Below are positions 1 to 7,568 of a stretch of DNA of 44,778 nucleotides, in pieces. This DNA comes from Candidatus Tectimicrobiota bacterium (GTDB taxonomy: Bacteria; JACPSX01). The notes beneath the pieces were generated by a model that was not told the origin of the DNA, searched no databases, and saw only the letters and a list, made by a program, of their open reading frames with translations. A program made the translations under genes and the position numbers. The stretch lies in contig JACPSX010000217.1 in assembly GCA_016193065.1 (NCBI GenBank), positions 1 to 44,778 of the forward strand, in the 5' to 3' direction. Within the stretch, counting starts at the first letter, position 1, and every line of letters begins with the position of its first letter.

Positions 1-148
1 CACCAAGTACTAGAGTACGGGAGTAGAGATCGGCCATCTCCCGGGGATAAAAATACCCCAGCCCCACACCGAAGCCCATCGCTAGGAATATCCACAGCGT
101 AAGATAGCGGTCGAGAAAGGACAATCTCTTCACAACACCGTCGGCCAT
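1..148 (-). CDS. acr3: ACR3-family arsenite efflux permease, N-terminal part only (gene runs off the left edge)
   Basis: Minus-strand ATG at 148..146 preceded by GGAGGA. My translation [37 protein letters not shown] carries the [14 protein letters not shown]-terminal signature of ACR3 carriers. It lies directly downstream of arsR. Confidence 0.75.
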   Translation of the reverse strand, partial: MADGVVKRLSFLDRYLTLWIFLAMGFGVGLGYFYPREMADLYSRTLVLG

Positions 149-252
149 GGATTCCTCCTCTGATTCGTTGAGTCCCGCTATTCTACCCAGACGCGGGCAT
201 GAGCCACAAAAGAATGGCAAACAGCCGGGCGAAAGCCCGGGCCGTCCCCCTT

Positions 253-675
253 TTAGCCTTGGGCCTTGACTGGAGTGAGTTTCTGAAACCGCCTGGGGGC
301 CTTCATCTTGCGGGCAGGGTAAATCTGACCAAACGTGGTGCACCGTCCCGCCGCGGTGACCGTTTCGAGGGCTTGCACATCCGCCGTCAGTTGCGGGCTT
401 TGAGCCAGTATCCCCCGCAGACTCCGCAGAACCGCCCCTCCTTCCCCCGGTCCGGGTCCGGCAATGGAATAGAGAACCCACGTCCCCTCCCGACGATCCC
501 GCAGAAGCCCGCACAGCTTGAGGTAAGACAGATGGCGGGAAATCCGGGACTGAGGCATGGCGAGCACTCTTTCCAGGTCACAGACGCAGAGCTCACCGCA
601 TTCCAGCAGGAGGTTCACGATGCGCAGCCTCGTCTCATCCCCCAGAGCCTTGAAGACCTGCAGCAGACGTTCCAT
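253..675 (-). CDS. arsR: ArsR/SmtB-family metalloregulator
   Basis: 140-aa ORF with the winged-HTH core [28 protein letters not shown]. The ELCVCDL motif is the As(III)-sensing Cys pair of ArsR. AGGAGA precedes the ATG. Confidence 0.85.
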   Translation of the reverse strand: MERLLQVFKALGDETRLRIVNLLLECGELCVCDLERVLAMPQSRISRHLSYLKLCGLLRDRREGTWVLYSIAGPGPGEGGAVLRSLRGILAQSPQLTADVQALETVTAAGRCTTFGQIYPARKMKAPRRFQKLTPVKAQG

Positions 676-695
676 CCTGATCTCCTAGGTAATCA

Positions 696-717
696 TATAT
701 GCGGATATCCACATATA
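696..717. promoter_or_regulatory. Candidate ArsR operator (22-nt near-perfect palindrome)
   Basis: TATATGCGGATATCCACATATA pairs at 10 of 11 positions about its centre. It lies between the -10 hexamer and the arsR RBS. Confidence 0.45.
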
Positions 718-725
718 GTGAATCA

Positions 726-754
726 ATCATAAATTCCCGGCAGGTACTTGTCAA
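726..754 (-). promoter_or_regulatory. sigma70-like promoter of arsR-acr3
   Basis: Minus strand reads TTGACA (754..749), a 17-nt spacer, then TATGAT (731..726), about 50 nt upstream of the arsR ATG. Confidence 0.55.
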
Positions 755-788
755 GGTCTTTCCGCTGTGGAGTCGATAACCCGGAGAA

Positions 789-2711
789 TTAGCTGTGGCG
801 CACTTTCTGGCTCACGGCAACGACGGCGAACAGACCGATCCCCACCAGATCCCCCAGGTTGGAGGGGTAAACGAGGATCAAGCCTGCCGCGATAAGGACG
901 AGTCTCTCGAACAGGGTTGTCTTCTTGAAGAGCCAGCCATCTGCCCCTCCGGCAAGGGCCGCCACCCCGAACATGCCGGTCACGAAGGTGCCGGCCATGT
1001 TCAGGGGGGACCCCTTCAGGAGAAGCCCGATGCCGTTTGGATGCAGGGTGAACATGAAGGGGACGAGGAAGGCAGGCAGGGTGTACTTCCAGGCCAGCAG
1101 GGTCGTCTTGTAGGGGTTCCCCCCCGTGATGGCGGCGGCGGCAAAGGCGGAGAGAGCCGTGGGAGGTGAAACCTCGGAGAGCACGGCGTAGTAAAAGATG
1201 AACATGTGGGCGGCGAAATCGGGGACGCCCAGCTTGATCAATGCAGGGGCCGTCATGACCGCCGCGATGATGTAGGAAGCCGTCACCGGCACCGCCAGGC
1301 CGATGACCCAAACCACCAGCGCGGTGGCTACCAGGGTAAAGAAGAGACTTCCCCCGGCAAGCTGGATAATGATGTCCGAGAACTTGAGGCCCAACCCCGT
1401 CAGGGTCACGACCCCGACGATGATCCCGGCGCAGGCGCATGTCGCCGCCACGGACAACACCCCACGGGATCCGGACTCGAGGGCGCGGACGAGTTGTTTC
1501 GGATACAGGGCACTCTCGGAACGAAGAAAGCTCACCGCAAAGGCAATGACCGTTGACCAGAAGACGGCCCAAATCGGCGTATAGCCGATCACCATGAAGC
1601 CCACGATGGTGATCAGGGAAATGAAATGGTAGCCGTATTTCCAGGTCAACCTCCACAGGCTCTCGACCTGGTTGAACACCGTGGCCTTGGCGCCGAACTT
1701 CTTGGCGTCAAACTCCACCATGAGGAAGATGGACCAGTAGTAGAGAATGGTCGGGACAACGGCCATGGCGATGACCTGGAGGTAGGAGATCTTCAGAAAC
1801 TCGGCGATGAGAAAAGCGGCGGCGCCCAGAACCGGAGGGGAGAGTATGGCCCCGATACCGCCCGCCGCCAGCAGTCCTCCAGCGGATTCCTTGTCGTAGC
1901 CTGACCTGGCCAGCATGGGATAGGCCACGGACCCCAGAGTCACCGTCGTCGCCACTCCACTTCCTGAAGGGCCCCCAAGCAGGAACGAGGCCAGAGTCAC
2001 GGTGCGACCGGCAGCCGTGGGTTTTCCTCCCGAAGCGGCAAAGGCAAAATCGATGAAAAACTCTCCGGCCCTGGAATACTCCAGAACGGCTCCATAGATA
2101 GTGAACAGGATAATAAAGGTCGAGGCCACGTCCAGGGGCACCCCGAAAATCCCCTCCAGGGTCATGTAATTGTGGCCCACCAGGCGATCCAACCCGTAGC
2201 CCCGGTGCGTCCAGGGGGACGGAAGCCAGGGCCCCATGTAGGCATAGGCCAGAAACCCGATGGCCACGGCGGGGAGAATCCAGCCCGTGCTGCGCCGGCA
2301 AGCCTCCAGAACCAGGAGGGTCGTCAGGGCTCCGAAAATCAAGTCCCAGGTGTTGGGGATCACGGACCGGTAGATGAACGTCTCAAAGTCGAAGAGCATG
2401 TAGCCGATGGAGAGGACTCCGAGGAAAGCCAGGGCCCAGTCGCTCCAGTGCATCTTCTCCCGCATGCGCTTCAGGGGCGGATAGACAAGAAAGGTCAGGA
2501 GGAAAGTGAAGGCCAAAAAAATTCCCCGCAGCTTCTGGGTCGTAATCGTCGCCATGGCCGCATAGAGGAAGGTGAGGGACATGAGAACGGAGACCGTTGT
2601 AATGAAAATCCCGACCCAGCCCGGAGGCTTGCGGGTGATGCCTTCCGCCTTCTCAATAATCGCTTCGACTTCTGTGGGGCTGGCGACTGCTACCGCGTCT
2701 TTTTCGGGCAT
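789..2711 (-). CDS. TRAP transporter fused (4TM/12TM) permease, TAXI type
   Basis: Long polytopic ORF next to a TAXI receptor and DUF1850. I prefer the ATG at 2711 (MPEKDAVAV...) over the track start at 2780, which overlaps the DUF1850 gene by 91 nt. Confidence 0.88.
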   Translation of the reverse strand: MPEKDAVAVASPTEVEAIIEKAEGITRKPPGWVGIFITTVSVLMSLTFLYAAMATITTQKLRGIFLAFTFLLTFLVYPPLKRMREKMHWSDWALAFLGVLSIGYMLFDFETFIYRSVIPNTWDLIFGALTTLLVLEACRRSTGWILPAVAIGFLAYAYMGPWLPSPWTHRGYGLDRLVGHNYMTLEGIFGVPLDVASTFIILFTIYGAVLEYSRAGEFFIDFAFAASGGKPTAAGRTVTLASFLLGGPSGSGVATTVTLGSVAYPMLARSGYDKESAGGLLAAGGIGAILSPPVLGAAAFLIAEFLKISYLQVIAMAVVPTILYYWSIFLMVEFDAKKFGAKATVFNQVESLWRLTWKYGYHFISLITIVGFMVIGYTPIWAVFWSTVIAFAVSFLRSESALYPKQLVRALESGSRGVLSVAATCACAGIIVGVVTLTGLGLKFSDIIIQLAGGSLFFTLVATALVVWVIGLAVPVTASYIIAAVMTAPALIKLGVPDFAAHMFIFYYAVLSEVSPPTALSAFAAAAITGGNPYKTTLLAWKYTLPAFLVPFMFTLHPNGIGLLLKGSPLNMAGTFVTGMFGVAALAGGADGWLFKKTTLFERLVLIAAGLILVYPSNLGDLVGIGLFAVVAVSQKVRHS

Positions 2712-3187
2712 CCTTTGTCCCCTTTTCCCAGCATCAATTGCACCGCATCCCCGTCCCCGACCATCTCGTAAAGGGGCCAATCCCGACCCCGCCAGGAGAG
2801 CCTCTGCCTGCCACGATTCCCGACCCGCACCACCAGGGATTCGATCTCCGGTCCGCGCTCGGTCGCGACAATTTTTCCTCCTTCACGGGACCATTTCTCC
2901 CGGCCGTAAAACTCCGCCTGGGCCTCAGTTTCGTAAACTGCTTGCTTGAGAAAGATGGCGTCCGTTCCCATCTGGTAAATCTCCAGCACCTCCCCTCCCA
3001 GGAGCGAATGCCAGAAGCGGAGGCCCACCGCCTCGCCGGGAACGATGGGCAGACAGAGAACCGGCCGATCGGTCGCCCCTACGGGACTGACTTCCAGATA
3101 AGTTTGTCCGGCCCACCCCGTTGTCACAAGAAAAAAAAGGGCTACCCCCAACCCGAGGTAGCCCCACGAACGCATGCCGGTCTTCAC
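2690..3187 (-). CDS. DUF1850 domain protein (TRAP-TAXI associated)
   Basis: 165 aa with an N-terminal TM segment and the motif GLRFWHSLLGGEVLEIY. It occupies the canonical position between the TAXI receptor and the fused permease. Confidence 0.7.
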   Translation of the reverse strand: MKTGMRSWGYLGLGVALFFLVTTGWAGQTYLEVSPVGATDRPVLCLPIVPGEAVGLRFWHSLLGGEVLEIYQMGTDAIFLKQAVYETEAQAEFYGREKWSREGGKIVATERGPEIESLVVRVGNRGRQRLSWRGRDWPLYEMVGDGDAVQLMLGKGDKGCPKKTR

Positions 3188-3196
3188 GCCTTGCGG

Positions 3197-4180
3197 CTAC
3201 TTGGACATCTCGATCTTCTTCTCCTTGAAATAGTCTTCGACCCCGGGATGGAAGGGAAGGGAAGACCCAACCCCCACCGTTTGCGGCATGATGTTCTTTG
3301 CTTCTTTGTGAACCATGACGAGGTCCGGCTGATGTTCCAGGATCGTCTTCACCACGCCGTACGCGATCTTTCGATCCATGTCCTGGTGGCTGATCAGCAG
3401 ATTCGCCACCGCCGCCACCTTCACGTCGCTGGTCATGCCGGGATAGGTAGCTTTCGGGATCACCCCCGGGAAGTAGACAGGCCCGTACTTTTGCACCATC
3501 TTGGTGACCGCATCTCCGTGATCCAGGAGCTTTATTTTCACCCCGGGAGTCGCCGCCAGGTCGAGGATCGCCGCCGTGGGGAGCCCCCCGTCCCACGTAA
3601 AAGCGTCCACCTTGCCGTCCTTGAGAGCCCCCGCCGATTCCGCCACGCTGAGGCGCTCCCGCCGGATGTCCTTATCCGGATTGATCCCGTAAGCCTCCAG
3701 GACTCTGAGGGACTTGACTTCCGTGCCGCTCCCGGGTGCACCCGTGGACACCCTCTTCCCCTTGAGATCGGCGACACTGTTGATCCCCTTCCCTTCCAGG
3801 GTGACAAAGTGCATGAAGTTCGAGTAGAGAACGCCAACGGTGCGGATCGGGGTGGGACCGTGAGCTTTGAACTGACCCGTTCCCTTGAGACCGTCGTAAG
3901 CCACGTCCGCCATAACCAGGGCCAGATCCGCCTTCTTGGTCTTCAGTAGCAAGATGTTATCCACCGAGGCGGCGGTCACCTCAGCGGTGGCATCTACCTT
4001 CGGGAGGTATTTCGAGAGCACCTTGGCCATTCCCCCGCCCAGGGGATAGTAGACCCCTCCGGTACCCCCTGTAGCCACGGACAGGCGGACTGTTTCTTGG
4101 GCGTGAATGAGCGAGGCTCCACCCAACACGAGACACGCCCCGATGACAACAACAGAAAACAGAAACCTCCTGCGCTCCAT
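3197..4180 (-). CDS. TAXI-family TRAP solute receptor
   Basis: Signal peptide MERRRFLFSVVVIGACLVLGG, then LSVATGGTGGVYYPLGGGMAKV, which is typical of TAXI receptors. The ATG at 4180 has a GGAGGA RBS; the track start at 4234 looks like an extension. Confidence 0.9.
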   Translation of the reverse strand: MERRRFLFSVVVIGACLVLGGASLIHAQETVRLSVATGGTGGVYYPLGGGMAKVLSKYLPKVDATAEVTAASVDNILLLKTKKADLALVMADVAYDGLKGTGQFKAHGPTPIRTVGVLYSNFMHFVTLEGKGINSVADLKGKRVSTGAPGSGTEVKSLRVLEAYGINPDKDIRRERLSVAESAGALKDGKVDAFTWDGGLPTAAILDLAATPGVKIKLLDHGDAVTKMVQKYGPVYFPGVIPKATYPGMTSDVKVAAVANLLISHQDMDRKIAYGVVKTILEHQPDLVMVHKEAKNIMPQTVGVGSSLPFHPGVEDYFKEKKIEMSK

Positions 4181-4296
4181 TGTCCTTCCTCCTTTGCCCC
4201 TCTCCGGCTTCTGCGCCACCCCTTCTCTCCTCAACTTTTATACAACGAATGGAAAACGAACGTCCACCGAATTCTGAGCGGTCTTCGCCGGCGCCT

Positions 4297-4515
4297 TCAC
4301 AAGGAAAGCCCCAACGCGCCCCAGTACGGGACGGCAAGAAAGGCCACCACCAGAGCCGTCAGGACCAGCATCAGGAGCCCGACCTTGAGGACATCCCGGC
4401 CGCTGAAGTAGCCCGACCGGTAAGCCATGAAATTCGTGGCGGTTTGCAGCGGATAGAGGATGACCGCATCAACCGTAATCCCCACGACGAGCCCCAGGAC
4501 CAAAAGATCGGTGCC
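4297..4515 (-). pseudogene. Orphan C-terminal fragment of an SLC13/DASS permease
   Basis: LVLGLVVGITVDAVILYPLQTATNFMAYRSGYFSGRDVLKVGLLMLVLTALVVAFLAVPYWGALGLSL parallels the last ~70 aa of the 7569..8975 protein. It has no upstream permease body. Confidence 0.75.
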
Positions 4516-4623
4516 GACAAGACGGGGTTCTTGAACAATAGCTTCAAACGACCTTTCAGGTCGCCTCAATCCTTATGGGTTAGGCGCGCCATGTAGTGAC
4601 CGAGTATCGATGCCGGTCAAACT

Positions 4624-4977
4624 TTACCGGGAGGGTTCTTGTTGAGCGGTGAGATACGCGCTCAGTGTATGCAATAAACGACGATGACGTTCCGAGGAAA
4701 TGCTCCCGATCGTGCCGGCGATTCACTGGCGAGGCACGACGGCCAGAAACCCCAACCGGAGAATCGAATCCGCGACCAATCCACTGGCGGCAAAATCCGC
4801 ATCCGTGGCAACAATCCGCTCATCAAAGCCATCTACGTATTGCTGGAGTTGCGTGCTGATCCCACAGACCAGTAAATCGTGATACCGCGGCATCTCCCGC
4901 AAGACCAGAGCTGGCCGGTGCTTCACCTGTCCGTGGGCTTGAGGGACCGGCGTGAGAATGATGTCAGCTTCCCGCAT
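4624..4977 (-). pseudogene. PemK/MazF-family type II toxin interrupted by an in-frame TGA
   Basis: The track ORF stops after ...LGFLAVVPRQ (TGA at 4725..4723). The same frame continues IAGTIGSISSERHRRLLHTLSAYLTAQQEPSR to a TAA at 4626..4624, which is the expected family C-terminus. Confidence 0.6.
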
Positions 4978-5206
4978 ACTCGGGATTCCGTTCTTTGAGG
5001 CAGTCTAGGGAATACTCCGGCTCATCTGGCCCATAGGCAGCGGCTAACCCGGCGGTCGCCAATGGCCACCAAGCGTCCTGTTCATCCTCAGCGGGGTGTT
5101 TCGGTAACACCGTGACGAGCAGTTTGGTATCCGGTTCCAACACATACGGTTCATCAAGCCGGATCTGCTCCCCATCAAAATGGGCGGGTAACGTAATCGC
5201 CTTCAT
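4964..5206 (-). CDS. Putative antitoxin partner of the PemK/MazF-like toxin
   Basis: MKAITLPAHFDGEQIRLDEPYVLEPDTKLLVTVLP... overlaps the toxin start by 14 nt. AAGGAG lies 9 nt upstream of the ATG at 5206. The family assignment is by context. Confidence 0.5.
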   Translation of the reverse strand: MKAITLPAHFDGEQIRLDEPYVLEPDTKLLVTVLPKHPAEDEQDAWWPLATAGLAAAYGPDEPEYSLDCLKERNPEYAGS

Positions 5207-5397
5207 GAGTATCATCTCCTTCTTGTCTTGGACAGGCTTACTCCCCCTCATTCGCTTCTTAATCTATCTACACTTCTGAGCATCTTCGTGCAACGATATT
5301 TCGCACTGGTGCCGTTTCAACTATTTTCTGCTACGTTCCCGGCTCACATGGTCCATACTTTCTTACCGGGCAGGCCGTTAAAATTAGCCGGATTAAG

Positions 5398-5595
5398 TTG
5401 GAACGGTACGGGTACGAGCAATCGATGAAGGCCCTGCCACTGAACGGACTCGGGGCGCGGACCCAGGAGTGCACCACCCGCGCCGTGCGCATGCTGTGCG
5501 ACTTCTACGGCAAGAGCCCGGACCTCGTTCGACATCCTGCGCGTCCAGCGGGAGAAAAGACTGCCGGCCGTGCTCAGCACGCAGCAGGTGCGGTG
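5398..5595 (+). pseudogene. N-terminal debris of a tyrosine recombinase (two frames)
   Basis: Frame 1 reads LNGLGARTQECTTRAVRMLCDFYGKSPDLV. A second frame from 5528 reads FDILRVQREKRLPAVLSTQQVR. Both are recognisable integrase N-domain segments but are not contiguous. Confidence 0.4.
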
Positions 5596-5679
5596 CCGTT
5601 CACGGAAGTCGCCCGACGGTTCAACCGGGACGTCTCAACGCTGAGTCGGGCCGTGGGAGCATTACAGCGCATCGCGAGC

Positions 5680-5755
5680 GCAGGCGGGCCTGTCTGCGTG
5701 TCCCCGCCTGCGTTTCCGCGCGGGCAGGCGCGCGGGCAGGCGCACAGGCAGGCCA
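5680..5755. repeat. GCAGGC-rich palindromic repeat, family B
   Basis: CCTGTCTGCG ... GCGGGCAGGCGCGCGGGCAGGCGCACAGGCAGGC. It shares CCTGTCTGCG and GCACAGGCAGG with 12472..12590. Confidence 0.5.
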
Positions 5756-5860
5756 GAGGCGAAACCATTGTTCAAACACCAAAAAGCAATTATGCAAGCC
5801 TGACCCTTTCTCCCATTTGACCCCATCTCCTAGCTTTTTGGGGTCCGGTTGATTGACCAG

Positions 5861-6714
5861 TTAGGCTTTGAACTGGCTAATGGATACTTCATCAACAATC
5901 AGGGACAATTTGGTTGGATTTGGTGATGCTCGGTATAGCTTAATGGAGTGTCCCCGTTCTTCAATCCAGCCCAAGACCTTGGCGACGGCCTGCGGTGGTA
6001 TCTGTGCACCAAGAATTATTCCCGTGAGGGCTTCGGGAGGGTACCTATAAACGCCTGGGCCATTGACGTGCTCAAGAATGCGCCACTCTTCTTCGTACTT
6101 CCAATGGCTGGCTTTAGTAAGCACCGCTTTATCCACCATCTGGTCTCGCGAGTCTCGGTAGGGATTAATCTGAGGCCTCACATCGGTTTCGGGGTAGTTG
6201 ACTTCTAGGGCGCGCGCGAAAAACTTAAAATAGCCGTCAAACTCAAGACATAGACCCCTATGAGAGTCCGCGTAATGTGACCACATCAAGATGTCGTACT
6301 TCCTGGCCGATAGGCAGAGGACACCTACATGTTCAGTAATGAGCTCAGTTAGCGAGTCCTGAATGCGTTTTTGCGTCTCGGGGGTTTCCCAGTCGTTCAG
6401 TGTGTTCCTGGCTTCACGTCTTCGCTGTTCCCGATTCAGATTTGGCAGCTGCTTCTTTGAGCGATCTTTTAAGTCGCCTTCTCTTCATTCGATGCCTCAA
6501 ATGAGAAAGAGGGGCGGCAATCGAAAGGGTCGTTGAACGAAGATGGCTTTGGAAAGTAAAGTTCGTTGTGACAAACCGTCCTTTCAACATATTCGCTGAA
6601 CTCTCCGCTTAGCTTTCTGTACCGATAAAAATGTGTCGGACACTTGTCCACCGAAAAGCCCTCTCGAAACCTAACGCCGCGGCTCAGATGCCGCCGACCA
6701 ACGCGAGGGCACAA
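5861..6714 (-). pseudogene. DUF2971-family gene split by a frameshift
   Basis: The N-part (6469..6714) has LYFPKPSSFNDPFD. The C-part (5861..6289) has MWSHYADSHRGLCLEF. The C-part frame stays open upstream to 6484, so one indel near 6470..6487 separates the halves. Confidence 0.6.
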
Positions 6715-6753
6715 AGGTGCATCGCACCTTTGCGGTCGTTCTGCAGCCGCTCG

Positions 6754-7104
6754 TTATGTGGCGCTTGGCATGAGCTTGAACATGAAGTACGCGCATACAG
6801 GCCATCCTACGAATGCCGAGAGACTTAGTGCCAACGCACCTACAACGCGTTCAAGCATAAATCCGATGACGGAGCTTATGAGACCTATAACGAAGATTAC
6901 AAACGGAGCCCACCACGCAACAGACCAGCCGTAGTAGATAAGATATCCGAACCCAGTAAGCATCCCAAGCAAAGCGGAAATGCTCAAAGCAAAACCGAAC
7001 GCCTGGCTTGCACCTTGAAAGTGCTTGGTGTGTAGTTGCTGGTAAAAAACGAAGGTTGAAAACGCGCAGTAGAATGCGATCGATGTCCACGACAAGACAG
7101 GCAT
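6754..7104 (-). CDS. Hypothetical small membrane protein (3-4 TM) in the island core
   Basis: 116-aa hydrophobic ORF in the lower-GC stretch. I recognise no family. Confidence 0.4.
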   Translation of the reverse strand: MPVLSWTSIAFYCAFSTFVFYQQLHTKHFQGASQAFGFALSISALLGMLTGFGYLIYYGWSVAWWAPFVIFVIGLISSVIGFMLERVVGALALSLSAFVGWPVCAYFMFKLMPSAT

Positions 7105-7279
7105 GGCTATTTCCTATTTCCCCGCTTGCGACACAACTACTGAGCATACTGGTCAGCATAGCACGGTTGCTGACACTTCCCACAACAGCCACGATTCTCT
7201 TTCCTTTCCAAGAAGTTGTCAAGACATCATACCCTCCCCCACGGCGGGAAAGCACTGCCCCATGGATGGCATATTCCAC

Positions 7280-7522
7280 TTATGGCTGCCAGAGACTCGC
7301 CAACTCCGCCAGTCCGTCTGCCGGACTACGAACCCCTCTCCCTTCTCGATTCAAGACGTGTATGTAGATCATCGTCGTGGTCATGTCCCGGTGATTCAGC
7401 AGCTCCTGAACGGTCCTGATGTCGTACCTGTCTTCCAAGAGATTGGTAGCGAATGGGGGCCGTAGTGTATCGTCCTCATGCTGTCGTCTGACCGCCTGGA
7501 TGTGCCTCAGAAGAGCCTCCTT
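7280..7522 (-). pseudogene. C-terminal remnant of a tyrosine recombinase (integron-integrase-like catalytic end)
   Basis: My translation is [71 protein letters not shown]...*. It has no start codon, and the segment between the H..D and LRHSFAT-type regions is missing. Confidence 0.75.
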
Positions 7523-7568
7523 TTACTGCAGCAGGAAGAATTGTGTAAAAGAAGCATGGCCATCACCA

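Noticed and set aside
2738-3949. 403-aa plus-strand ORF opposite the DUF1850 and TAXI genes
   Set aside because: It is antisense to two genes with strong family signatures. No motif is recognisable.
4723-4725. The TGA inside the toxin gene as a selenocysteine or programmed readthrough codon
   Set aside because: No SECIS-like hairpin follows immediately. This toxin family is not known to be a selenoprotein family, and the surrounding island is full of other inactivating lesions. A nonsense mutation is the simpler explanation.
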